A DNA stretch of 32,000 bases from Candidatus Nitrospira inopinata (GCF_001458695.1 NZ_LN885086.1:900001-932000); one strand, 5' to 3'. Shown: positions 11,000 through 19,832, numbered from the stretch's first letter. Numbers and translations are program-made. The notes: generated from the letters alone by a model not told the origin.

Positions 11000-12105
11000 C
11001 CTCTGCTCCAGCTCACGGCGTAGTCATCGACTTCCACCGTTTCCATCTGCGGTTCCACTTCGAAGGGCGACCGGGATTCGATCATCACGGCCACTTCATT
11101 CGTGTGGGTCTTTCCCTTGGCCGCCTGCACGGCTTGCGGCTGCGGTCCATGGTGAATGCCCTGAGGATGCAACGTGAGCATACCTGGTTCAATGCCCGCA
11201 CGACTGAAGAATTCTCCCTGGTGATAGAACAACACTTCGTCGTAATCCATGTTGCGGTGATAGAACGGGACGCGCAGGGCTTCCGGATCCGTTTCAAGCG
11301 GCCTCGGCGCAAAGGTGGACACGAGGCAGCCTCCGGCTTGGAAGGTGACGTGGGCACTCGGCGGCAAATGGTAGCGAGGGCTCGTGACCGGCCGGAAATC
11401 GCGCACGTTCAACTTGGCGACCCAGAGATCGCCTTTCCATCCGACGACGTCCATCGGATAGAAGGGATAGAGCAGGCTGGTGATGGCCCCTTGCCGTTTG
11501 ATCCGGACTTCCCATGGCTGATCTTCTGCCTCCGACGATTCGATCGCCTCCAACTCCGGCGCCACCAACACGCCCTTGTCGAACAAGGCATGGTGACCCA
11601 AGGGGCCTCGATCCGGTATGACGATGGGTTCCGGCGTTTCGATGATCAAGCCATACGCTGGTCCATCGTCCACGTGAACCCGATAGGTTGTCCCTTTCGG
11701 GATAACGACATAGTCTCCCGCCTCATAGGGCAGGACTCCGTAGTCCGTCTCGAATCGTCCCCGCCCCTGATGGACAAACCACAGTTCATCACCGTCTCCG
11801 TTCCGAACGAAAAAGGTCATGGACTCCGTCAGGCAGGTCAGCAAAAGCCTCACGTCCCGGCTCTGCATGACCGGGACCGTCTTGCCATCATGGAACAAAC
11901 GCTCTCTCTCCCACAGTTGCGCGCAGAAAAACGCGCGTGGCTTCAGCGGCCCTTCGATCTTCACCCACGCGGTCGGAGGATGGACGCGATAGAGATGCGA
12001 GGCCGGACCGTTGAACCCATTCCGCCCATGTTCTTCCTCGTGGAGCCCCTCGGGAATCCCCACATGGGCCTGGTTGGGAGTCTTGCCCTTTCGGAGGAGA
12101 TACAT
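10996..12105 (-). CDS. hmgA: Homogentisate 1,2-dioxygenase
   Basis: Cupin-type HGD sequence (HEEEHGRNGFNGPASHLYRVHPPTAW..GDGDELWFVHQGRGRFETDYG..FYHRNMDYDEVLFYHQGEF). ATG 12105 has a GAGAGGAGG Shine-Dalgarno sequence 7 nt upstream and is preferred over 12123. Confidence 0.85.
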   Translation of the reverse strand: MYLLRKGKTPNQAHVGIPEGLHEEEHGRNGFNGPASHLYRVHPPTAWVKIEGPLKPRAFFCAQLWERERLFHDGKTVPVMQSRDVRLLLTCLTESMTFFVRNGDGDELWFVHQGRGRFETDYGVLPYEAGDYVVIPKGTTYRVHVDDGPAYGLIIETPEPIVIPDRGPLGHHALFDKGVLVAPELEAIESSEAEDQPWEVRIKRQGAITSLLYPFYPMDVVGWKGDLWVAKLNVRDFRPVTSPRYHLPPSAHVTFQAGGCLVSTFAPRPLETDPEALRVPFYHRNMDYDEVLFYHQGEFFSRAGIEPGMLTLHPQGIHHGPQPQAVQAAKGKTHTNEVAVMIESRSPFEVEPQMETVEVDDYAVSWSRG

Positions 12106-12136
12106 CGAGACGCCTCCTCTCAACGAACGGCTTGCC

Positions 12137-12721
12137 TTACGACGCCCGTTTTAACTCCGTCTTCGCCGGCAGCGGCAACGAATCGTAATCGACGATGGTC
12201 TCTCTCCGGCCTGTCACCTGCTCCCGTTCGATGTCTTGATAGAGCGACTCGACCGTGCTTCTTACGAAGGTCTTGGCCTTTTCTCCGCCGTGCTCCCGTT
12301 GAATCAACTCGATGAAGAGTCCGCTCCCGGGAAAGATCGGCTGTGTAAACCGTTGCTTCAGGGGACCGAACCCGTCCCGCCCCTCCTTAACAGGCCCGCT
12401 GAACCGGACCCCGTGGGCTTCCCACTCCCGGCAGGCCGCCTCAATGTCGTCCACCTCGATGGCGAAGTGTTGGACCCCTTGACCGTGCTTGTCGATGAAG
12501 TCGTTGATCTGCGATCGCAGGCCCTTGTCGCGGCCCTGCATGAGCGCGATTCTCGCGTTGCCGCTTTGAACCACAACCGTATCCATCGAGGATTTCTCGG
12601 TCCCCACGTCCCGAGCGGACCAGAGCACTTCAAATCCCAGGATCTTGGTGAAGAGAAATTCGGCGGCCTCGAGATTCTCGACGCAGAGGGTGATGTGGTC
12701 GATCCCCATGGCCTGGCGCAT
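12137..12721 (-). CDS. VOC-superfamily dioxygenase resembling only the C-terminal catalytic module of 4-hydroxyphenylpyruvate dioxygenase
   Basis: 194 aa from ATG 12721 (AAGGAGG 6 nt upstream). HPPD-like metal ligand contexts are present: IDHITLCV, GQGVQHFAIEVDDI, LFIELIQRE, and a C-terminal ..SLYQDIEREQ. It is the first gene of the hmgA/FAH operon. Confidence 0.65.
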   Translation of the reverse strand: MRQAMGIDHITLCVENLEAAEFLFTKILGFEVLWSARDVGTEKSSMDTVVVQSGNARIALMQGRDKGLRSQINDFIDKHGQGVQHFAIEVDDIEAACREWEAHGVRFSGPVKEGRDGFGPLKQRFTQPIFPGSGLFIELIQREHGGEKAKTFVRSTVESLYQDIEREQVTGRRETIVDYDSLPLPAKTELKRAS

Positions 12722-12754
12722 GGCGGCCTCCTTGGCTCGGATCGTCAACATATT

Positions 12755-12796
12755 TATGCTATCGCATAATAGCATAGATACATCATTTTTTGTCAA
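12755..12796 (-). promoter_or_regulatory. Putative promoter/operator of the HPPD-like/hmgA/FAH operon
   Basis: Perfect inverted repeat TATGCTAT-N6-ATAGCATA (12755-12762 / 12769-12776), 34 nt upstream of ATG 12721. On the minus strand there is a TTGACA -35 hexamer (12791-12796) and a TATTAT -10-like hexamer (12766-12771) that falls inside the palindrome. The spacing is about 19 nt, which is not ideal. Confidence 0.45.
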
Positions 12797-12875
12797 TGTC
12801 TCTTTTTACGGAACATCTGACTTCCTTATTTCCACCATTCTGTATTGTAATCATGCGACATTTTGAGTATGATGA

Positions 12876-12911
12876 CACGTGATCGTGCCAATAATATTTT
12901 TCTATCACGTG
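12876..12911 (+). promoter_or_regulatory. Inverted repeat CACGTGAT-N20-ATCACGTG upstream of the heme-oxygenase-like gene
   Basis: The 8-bp arms lie at 12876-12883 and 12904-12911. Each contains the CACGTG palindrome. They flank an AT-rich spacer holding a TAATAT -10-like hexamer (12892-12897), about 50 nt upstream of ATG 12959. Confidence 0.4.
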
Positions 12912-12958
12912 GTTGCTCAATACGGTTCCGGTGATCTTAAAAATGCGGAGGTTGTCCC

Positions 12959-13687
12959 ATGACCTTCCACGACGACATGCGGTGCGTCGTGCTGGCGCAC
13001 GGCGCCGTCAACAACCGGTATCTGCGACGGTTCCGATCCGGTGACCTGTCCGATCAGGAGTTCCGCGACTTCGCGGTCGAGTTCTACAACTTCGCCCGGT
13101 TTTTCCCTCAGATCCTCGCCTCGCAACTGGTGAACACGGAGGACGAGCGGGTGGCCGACGAGCTGACGAGGGTGCTCTATTCCGAATTGGGCGACGGAGA
13201 CCCCTCGCGCCGCCATGAACTGTTATATCGGAACTTCCTGCGATCGGTGGGGATCGACGTGCATAGCGCCCTGACCAGGCCTATGTTGCCTTCGACCCGC
13301 GCCTACATCGAGGGCATGCAACGGCTCTACAGCGACGGAAACCACGCCAGGGCGCTCGGAGCCTCCTTCGGTCTTGAGAACATGGCCATCACGATGTGGG
13401 ACCATCTGATTCCCGGCCTGCGAACGCTCAAAGCCTCACGCTACCCCGGCATGGATCTCACCTATTTCACGTTTCATCGCGAGCTGGAATCGACACATGA
13501 GCAGGCGATGGAACAGGCGGTGGCAGCGGTGGAGCACAGCGCCGGTGACGGTTTGCCGATCGAGGATCAAGCGGCGTTTCGTGAAGGTGTCCTGCACGTC
13601 TTGAACTATCTCGAAGCGTTCTGGTTGGGCCTCGATCGTCTTGCGCCGGACAGAGCGACGAGGCGGGAGCAGCATCAAGCCGCCTGA
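12959..13687 (+). CDS. Heme-oxygenase-like di-iron (HDO) / CADD-PqqC-TenA superfamily iron-containing redox enzyme
   Basis: 242 aa with an all-helical pattern. Ligand motifs are spaced as in CADD-type proteins: SELGDGDPSRRHELLYRNFL (E..H), FGLENMAI (E), and FHRELESTHEQ (H, E at +4, H at +7). GGAGG lies 8 nt upstream of the ATG. Confidence 0.65.
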   Translation: MTFHDDMRCVVLAHGAVNNRYLRRFRSGDLSDQEFRDFAVEFYNFARFFPQILASQLVNTEDERVADELTRVLYSELGDGDPSRRHELLYRNFLRSVGIDVHSALTRPMLPSTRAYIEGMQRLYSDGNHARALGASFGLENMAITMWDHLIPGLRTLKASRYPGMDLTYFTFHRELESTHEQAMEQAVAAVEHSAGDGLPIEDQAAFREGVLHVLNYLEAFWLGLDRLAPDRATRREQHQAA

Positions 13688-13715
13688 CGCCGCTCGATCA
13701 CAGACACGAGGGACC

Positions 13716-14678
13716 ATGACCGAAATCGCCAAGTACTTGGAGGCCGTCAAGGAGCGATATGGGCTCAAGAGCGACTACGCGCTCGCGGACAAGCTGGGTA
13801 TCACGCAACCGGACGCCAACTTGATGCGGAGAGGCTTGAAGATCCCCAAGCCGGAACTCTGCATCAAGATCGCCAAACTGCTTGATAAAAATCCCGTCGA
13901 GCTGCTGCTGATCGCTCAAAAGGATAAGGCGCCTGCCTCCGCAAAGAGTTATTGGACGTTGGCGCTCACGGCTGTGGACGTCATGCTGCACGTGCCCAAG
14001 ACACCCAAATACCTGCCGCGCAAAGTCGAGGCCATCGGCCGAGAGCTCCGCCAGCTCGAAACGCAAACCTTGATGTACGAAGGAGCCGAGGCGAACGCGG
14101 AAGCCGTCCGGCTCGTCCAGACGGCCGAACGGTCCATCGACGCGGTCATGGAACGGTGGAACATTTGGAAACGGGGTGAGGCGCTCTATCCGACCTATCT
14201 GCTGGCCAACCAAGAAGCCGCCAAGCGGGGCGTCGTCATCCGCCGCTTGCTGATTTTGACGAAAGAACAGATGCACCAGGAGTCGGTCGTGGCGGACGCG
14301 GTGCGGGTGATGGACGATCAGCAACGGGCCGGTATCCACATCTTCTTCGCCTTTCGGGAGGAGTTGATGCGGGCGCCGGCTTTTCGCCGGTTCGAGGAAG
14401 ACTATCGCGCGCAGGGGGCAGCCCAGGACATGAACGCCGCGATGTTTGACCGGGAGATTCTGCTGTTTTCCCGCTCCTACGGCCAGGTGCCGCTCGGCCT
14501 GGTCGGCATGCCGACTCCGCTCACGATGATCAATCAACTGGAGATCACCTGGAAGCCTGAGCTTTTGCGCGATCTGGACCCGGCGCCGTTGTTCGACATG
14601 ACCCGCTACGTCTTCGAGTACGGAGGGCACCAGGCCTTTAAGCAGGAAGTGGCTCGGTTCAAGAAGTCGGTCGCTTGA
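13716..14678 (+). CDS. HTH (Xre/Cro-like) domain protein with an uncharacterised C-terminal domain of about 230 aa
   Basis: I prefer ATG 13716 (GAGGGA upstream) to the 13641 start, which overlaps the previous gene. The N-terminus is helix-turn-helix-like: MTEIAKYLEAVKERYGLKSDYALADKLGITQPDANLMRRGLKIPKPELCIKIAKLLDKNPVELL. I cannot assign the rest to a family. Confidence 0.55.
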   Translation: MTEIAKYLEAVKERYGLKSDYALADKLGITQPDANLMRRGLKIPKPELCIKIAKLLDKNPVELLLIAQKDKAPASAKSYWTLALTAVDVMLHVPKTPKYLPRKVEAIGRELRQLETQTLMYEGAEANAEAVRLVQTAERSIDAVMERWNIWKRGEALYPTYLLANQEAAKRGVVIRRLLILTKEQMHQESVVADAVRVMDDQQRAGIHIFFAFREELMRAPAFRRFEEDYRAQGAAQDMNAAMFDREILLFSRSYGQVPLGLVGMPTPLTMINQLEITWKPELLRDLDPAPLFDMTRYVFEYGGHQAFKQEVARFKKSVA

Positions 14679-14726
14679 TCACGCCACGTCGATGGCAGAC
14701 GTGGCGAACGAACAAAGGGGGATGGC

Positions 14727-16706
14727 ATGGCCTCCCTGTTCAAGGGGTTCGAACGGATCGAGGAGGCCCGCGAACGGCTGACCGGCCAGAGTTTCATGAC
14801 CGGCCTCTTCATGGGACATCCTGATTTCGCTCTGCTCCTCCACGAGGGGGAACCTCCTGACCAAGTGGCGGTCTGGGAAGCCTATCGCCCCCGGCTCACC
14901 TCCTTCCTCACCTCGCAGGTCGATCCCGATGAAATCGAACGGACCGGAAAGATCCCTGAATCGGTCTTGAAGGGGCTCTTCACGCTCGGCGCCTTCGCCA
15001 TGAAAATCCCGCCGGCCTATGGGGGGCTGGGATTCTCCTATACCAACTACGGCCGGGCGCTCACGCTGATGGCGAGCTGGAGCAACGTGCTTGCCTTGAC
15101 CGTCGCGGTGCCACAGTCCATCGGCATCGCCATGCCCCTTCTGCTATTCGGCACCGAGGAGCAACGACGAGCCTATTTGCCGATTGTGGCGCGCGAAGCG
15201 ATTTCGGCCTTTGCCCTCACCGAACCGGCCACGGGCTCCGACGCCGCCAACATCAAGACCGAGGCGGTCTTGGACAAACGCGGCGACACGTTCCTCGTCA
15301 ACGGCGAAAAACTCTGGTGCACCAACGGGCCGATCGCCCGGTATCTCACCCTGATTGCGCAGGTGCCGGCTAAGAAAATCACGGGCGAGGGGAAGGGGAC
15401 GGTCGTGTGGGTGCCGGTCCCTGAAGGCAGAGGGGCGGACTCCAAGGTCCCCACCGCCTTCGTCCTCGATATGGAGACGCCTGGTATCATCGTGCGGCAA
15501 CGGTGCCGATTTGAAGGCTGCCGCGGCATCGAAAATGGCCACCTCACCTTCACCGACGTGCGGATTCCCGCCGCCAACCTCATCGGCGAAGTGGGGCGGG
15601 GGTTGAAGTATGCGCTGACCATCCTGAACATCGGCCGGGGCATCAGCATTCCGGCCATCTGCCTCGGCATGGCCAAACAGGCCTGGCAACCGACGCTCGA
15701 CCGGGCCAACGAGCGATTCACGTTTCAAAAACCCCTAAGCGGCCACCAGACCCAACGGATGAGGCTCGGGCGCATGGCTGCCAATCTGTTCGCGATGGAA
15801 TCGCTCGCCGCCGCCGCCTGGCGCCTGGCCGACCGCCACACGTTCGACGTGCGGATCGAAGCCGCGATCACGAAAATCTTCTGCTCGGAGGGGACGATTC
15901 AGTTCCTCAAAGACGCCCAGATCATCTTCGGCGGCATGGGCTACGAAACAGCCGACTCCAAACGAGCCCGCGGCGAGCCGGCCTTCGGCATCGAGCAGTT
16001 GGTGCGGGACGCCGAAATGTACCGGATCGGAGAAGGGGCGACGGACGTGCTCCGGCCGTTTATCGCCCGCGAGGGATTAGGCCCCCACCTTGAGCGAGCG
16101 GGCCGCTACGTCGCAGGGGAACTGCACGGCACCGCGAAGCTTGTCGAGTGGCTCACCCTGGCTCGCTTCTACATCCCGTGGTATCTCGGCCTGTGGCGGC
16201 CTAACCGACTTCCAGACCGACCTGAGTTCCGCCACCCATCCGCAGCACCGTTGTTCCAATACATCGAGCGAACCAGCCGCCGCCTGGCCAAAGCGATCTT
16301 CTGGGCGATGGTTCGCCACGGCCAAGCGCTTCGGGACGACCAAGGCCGACAGAATCGCATTGAGATGGTGGCGGAGGATCTGCTCGTCATCGCGGCGGCA
16401 ACGTTACAGGCTGCATCATCGAGTCGAGCGGCCGACGACTCTTCGAGATGGAGATTGGTTGAGCTGATCGCCATGGAAGCGAGGGAGCGGATTGATTGTG
16501 CGATCCGTGAGATCCGCGGATCGAATCACGACCAGATGGTGGCAACGATCGGCGAGCAGGCAGCCGAAGGGACCTCTGGTTGGTTGAGCGACGGCATCAT
16601 CCCTCGCCGGCTCCGCGACTACCGTCCCGCCGCTGACCAGGCTTCACTGACCGATCAGACCGAGCATGACCGCACTCCCCACTCCGTGGCAAGCCCGCGC
16701 TATTGA
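14727..16706 (+). CDS. Acyl-CoA dehydrogenase family protein, long form with a C-terminal extension (VLCAD/ACAD9-like architecture)
   Basis: 659 aa with ACAD blocks (ISAFALTEPATGSDAANIKT, FLVNGEKLWCTNGP, FQKPLSGHQ, IFGGMGY, and the catalytic-base region MYRIGEGATDVLR). About 200 extra C-terminal residues follow. Confidence 0.85.
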   Translation: MASLFKGFERIEEARERLTGQSFMTGLFMGHPDFALLLHEGEPPDQVAVWEAYRPRLTSFLTSQVDPDEIERTGKIPESVLKGLFTLGAFAMKIPPAYGGLGFSYTNYGRALTLMASWSNVLALTVAVPQSIGIAMPLLLFGTEEQRRAYLPIVAREAISAFALTEPATGSDAANIKTEAVLDKRGDTFLVNGEKLWCTNGPIARYLTLIAQVPAKKITGEGKGTVVWVPVPEGRGADSKVPTAFVLDMETPGIIVRQRCRFEGCRGIENGHLTFTDVRIPAANLIGEVGRGLKYALTILNIGRGISIPAICLGMAKQAWQPTLDRANERFTFQKPLSGHQTQRMRLGRMAANLFAMESLAAAAWRLADRHTFDVRIEAAITKIFCSEGTIQFLKDAQIIFGGMGYETADSKRARGEPAFGIEQLVRDAEMYRIGEGATDVLRPFIAREGLGPHLERAGRYVAGELHGTAKLVEWLTLARFYIPWYLGLWRPNRLPDRPEFRHPSAAPLFQYIERTSRRLAKAIFWAMVRHGQALRDDQGRQNRIEMVAEDLLVIAAATLQAASSSRAADDSSRWRLVELIAMEARERIDCAIREIRGSNHDQMVATIGEQAAEGTSGWLSDGIIPRRLRDYRPAADQASLTDQTEHDRTPHSVASPRY

Positions 16707-16820
16707 TGAGTGCATGGATCCCGCCATCGCCGTGAAGCGAAGCAGTGCTGCCGTAGGTCTCCCTAGCCAGTCGGGAAATGCCAAGACCAGTCCCAACGGT
16801 TCTCGCAAGGATTCAGGCTA

Positions 16821-19800
16821 CTATAGTCGAGCTGTGGCTTTCTTCACGTAGCGATGGAAGAGCCAGTCGAGAAATGTCTTGGAAAAATCGGGATCGTCGG
16901 TAATCTGTTTGTAAAACTTGAAGTTCGTGTCGATCATCTCTTGCAACTGGTCGTTGACGACATGGTCAAACGTCAGCCGAGCATTTTCCTTGGTGTTCAC
17001 TTCAACAGCCTTGGCTAAGGCTTCGTTTCTAGACAACTTAGCTTCAAGCTGTTCGATAAAGACCCTGTCCTTCTCGGTAAAATCCGTTCCGAATCGCTCG
17101 TTCAGTTCCCGAATGATCTGCGAAAGGGCCTCGACCTCGTCAACCGGCGGCATCTCGACATCTTTCGTTTTGATCGGCTCAAGCTCGCTCGCTCCACGCC
17201 TGAGCCTGATGCGGCCGCTGCCGGTCTGTTGAACTCGATACGACTCCACATCGATCTGTTGCTGGATTTCGACCGGGAGCCGCTCTCGTGTCACCGGCAG
17301 CTTGCGGAGGAGCAATCGGCCGAAGACATACAGTTTTTCCAAGTCCGCATCGGCAAACGAGATGATCTGGGAGAGAAAGGCATACAGACTGACGAAATCC
17401 TTCAGATGGCCGTGAAACGGCACCCGGTCATCCTCGCGTGCGGCCAGATACCGATCGACGGCCGGTTGCAGAGCGGCGTGCAACCGGTCCTGCGTTCCTT
17501 TCGGATCGAAATAGACCGACGCAAACCGGTTGACCTCATCGGTCGTGTAAAAGTGAACGTCCGCTAACTTCGTCTGCAGATCGTACAAGAGGTTCGGGTC
17601 GGTGCCTTCCTTCAAGAGCGTCCGATCGTAATAGGGTTCGAACGCCTTCTGGATGTCATCGGCTTCGTTGACGAAGTCCAGCACGAACGTCTCTTCCTTC
17701 CCGGGGGCCACCCGATTCAGCCGGGAGAGCGTCTGCACGGCGTTAACGCCGCTGAGTTTCTTATCCACGTACATCGTGTGCAGCAACGGTTGGTCGAAGC
17801 CGGTCTGGAACTTGTACGCCACGATCAGGATTCTGTACTCGTCGCGCTTGAACGTTTCAGCCGTCTGGGACTCAGGGAAGCCGTTCATGTTCGCTTCGGT
17901 GTAGTCGGCGCCGCCGTCACGAACCGTACCTGAGAACGCCACGAGCGCCTTGAAGCCGTAGCCCTTCTCTTTAAGATACCGATCCACGGCCTGCTTGTAG
18001 CGCACGGCGTGCAGCCGCGAGCGCGTGACGATCATCGCCTTGGCCTTGCCGCCAATCCGGTGGATGACTTGGCCGGCGCAATGGTCCACCATGATCGCGA
18101 CCTTCTTCTCGATCGCGTGCGGGTGGAGATCCACGAACGACTTCAGCAGGTAGGTCGCCTTGTGCCGATCGTAGCGGGGATCTTCCGAGATCGTCTTGAG
18201 GAGGTTCCAATAGGTTTTGTAGGTGGTGTAATTTTGGAGGACATCCAGGATAAAGCCTTCCTCGATGGCCTGCCGCATGGTGTAGAGGCTGAAGGGCGCA
18301 TACCGTCCATCCGGCTGTCGGGAGCCGAACAGTTCGAGCGTCTTCGGTTTCGGCGTCGCCGTAAAGGCAAAGTAACTGACATTCGGCAGTTGGCCGCGCT
18401 TCTTCACCTCCCCAATGATCCGGTCTTCCAGATCCTCCCCTTCCTCGCGGTCTTCCTCCTCGGCCAGTTCGAGGCTCCCCGCGGCAAGCACCTGCTTGAG
18501 ACTCTTGGTGCTCTCTCCTGTCTGGGAAGAGTGGGCTTCGTCGATGATCACCGCGAACCGCTTGCCGGGAAGGGCGCCGATTTCGTTGGCGATCACCGGG
18601 AATTTCTGGAGCGTCGTGACGATGATCGTCTTGCCATCTTCCAACGCCTGTTTGAGCTGCCGCGAAGTCGAATCGATGTTTTCGACCACCCCGACCGTCT
18701 GCTCGAATTGCCGGACGGTTCGCTGAAGCTGGCGGTCGAGCACGCGTCGGTCCGTGATGACGATGATGGAATCGAAGACCCGACGATCCGATGCGTCATG
18801 AAGAATGCTGAGCTGGTGCGCCAGCCAAGCGATCGAATTGCTCTTGCCGCTGCCGGCGCTGTGCTGGATCAGATACCGATGGCCGGGGCCCGAATCTTTC
18901 GCTTCCCGCACCAGATTGCGAACCGCATCAAGCTGATGATAGCGCGGGAAGATCAGCGACCGTTCGCCCGTCTTGCGCCCCTTCTCATCTTCCCCCTCAA
19001 CAACCTGCACAAAGTGCTGGATCAGGTTCAGGACGCTATCCCGAGTCCAGATTCGCGCCCACAGGTAGGAGGTGGCAAAGCCGTTCGCCACAGGGGGATT
19101 CCCTGCTCCGCCATACCGACCTTGATTGAACGGCAGGAATCGCGTCCTGACCCCCTGCAAATGGGTGGCCACATACACCAGGTCCGGATCAACGGCGAAA
19201 TGCGCGAGGCACCGGCCGAAGGCGAACAGGGGCTCCTTGGGATCGCGGGTGCGCTGATACTGCCGGATCGCGTCCTGGACGTTTTGCCCGGTGAGCGGAT
19301 TCTTCAATTCGGCGGTGAAGATCGGCAGGCCGTTCAGGAACAGGACCACATCGAGGCTCTTGTCGTTTCTTTCGCTGTATTTGAGCTGGCGAACGACGGC
19401 AAAGAGATTGGCTTCGTACAGCTTCTTGACCTCTTCATTGAGCCCGCTCGACGGACGGAAATAGGCCAGGCGGAACGAGCAGCCGTCCGATTTGATGCCC
19501 TTCCGCAATACCTCCAGCGTCCCGCGTGTCTTGACCTCGGAGGCCAGCCGCCTCAGCAGTCGGTCCCTGGCCTCGGCGCCGTGCTGCTTCGTGAACTTCT
19601 CCCATTCCTTCGGCTGGGTGGCATAGATGAAATGAAGGACGCCTTCAGGAATCAAGCACAGCGCGCGGTCATACTCCTCGGGCGCGATCCGGCGATAGCC
19701 GCCCGGCGCATTCTCGTACCACGCGCCGGGAAGGCCGGCGTACCCTTCCCCGCCTGTCGCGGCCGGTCCCGTACCTTCGAGTAACACGCGCTCGATGGCG

Positions 19801-19832
19801 GCCTCGAAGTTCTTCTCGGAGATGTCCACCAT
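16821..19832 (-). CDS. hsdR: Type I restriction endonuclease, R subunit (HsdR)
   Basis: About 1003 aa. N-terminal PD-(D/E)xK nuclease region (DVVLFLNGLPIFTAELKNPLTGQ). SF2 helicase motifs are present: HSAGSGKSNSIAWLA (Walker A), AVIIDEAHSSQTG (DEAH), FAFTATP, and ..QTLSRLNR. ATG 19832 overlaps (TGATG) the stop of the reconstructed abiEii frame and has GGGAAGG upstream. The ORF track's 19883 start is also possible. Confidence 0.9.
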   Translation of the reverse strand: MVDISEKNFEAAIERVLLEGTGPAATGGEGYAGLPGAWYENAPGGYRRIAPEEYDRALCLIPEGVLHFIYATQPKEWEKFTKQHGAEARDRLLRRLASEVKTRGTLEVLRKGIKSDGCSFRLAYFRPSSGLNEEVKKLYEANLFAVVRQLKYSERNDKSLDVVLFLNGLPIFTAELKNPLTGQNVQDAIRQYQRTRDPKEPLFAFGRCLAHFAVDPDLVYVATHLQGVRTRFLPFNQGRYGGAGNPPVANGFATSYLWARIWTRDSVLNLIQHFVQVVEGEDEKGRKTGERSLIFPRYHQLDAVRNLVREAKDSGPGHRYLIQHSAGSGKSNSIAWLAHQLSILHDASDRRVFDSIIVITDRRVLDRQLQRTVRQFEQTVGVVENIDSTSRQLKQALEDGKTIIVTTLQKFPVIANEIGALPGKRFAVIIDEAHSSQTGESTKSLKQVLAAGSLELAEEEDREEGEDLEDRIIGEVKKRGQLPNVSYFAFTATPKPKTLELFGSRQPDGRYAPFSLYTMRQAIEEGFILDVLQNYTTYKTYWNLLKTISEDPRYDRHKATYLLKSFVDLHPHAIEKKVAIMVDHCAGQVIHRIGGKAKAMIVTRSRLHAVRYKQAVDRYLKEKGYGFKALVAFSGTVRDGGADYTEANMNGFPESQTAETFKRDEYRILIVAYKFQTGFDQPLLHTMYVDKKLSGVNAVQTLSRLNRVAPGKEETFVLDFVNEADDIQKAFEPYYDRTLLKEGTDPNLLYDLQTKLADVHFYTTDEVNRFASVYFDPKGTQDRLHAALQPAVDRYLAAREDDRVPFHGHLKDFVSLYAFLSQIISFADADLEKLYVFGRLLLRKLPVTRERLPVEIQQQIDVESYRVQQTGSGRIRLRRGASELEPIKTKDVEMPPVDEVEALSQIIRELNERFGTDFTEKDRVFIEQLEAKLSRNEALAKAVEVNTKENARLTFDHVVNDQLQEMIDTNFKFYKQITDDPDFSKTFLDWLFHRYVKKATARL

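Noticed and set aside
11104-12315. 403-aa plus-strand ORF
   Set aside because: It is antisense to hmgA and the HPPD-like gene and spans their intergenic gap with no ribosome-binding site. It is a shadow ORF.
13698-14630. 310-aa minus-strand ORF
   Set aside because: It is antisense to the HTH-domain gene. The plus-strand frame has a ribosome-binding site, an HTH motif and an ordinary amino-acid composition, whereas this frame is Arg/Gln/Leu/His-rich.
16707-16830. Possible att-type direct repeat of the tRNA-Lys 3' end at the far border of the island
   Set aside because: The best match I could see is a 7-mer (AGTCCCA) plus scattered identities, and it is in the wrong (inverted) orientation. 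That is not distinguishable from chance by eye and needs a proper alignment.
18009-19784. 591-aa plus-strand ORF
   Set aside because: It lies fully antisense to hsdR, whose helicase and nuclease motifs are unambiguous. The translation is Arg/Pro/Gly/Leu-rich low-complexity sequence typical of shadow ORFs in high-GC DNA.
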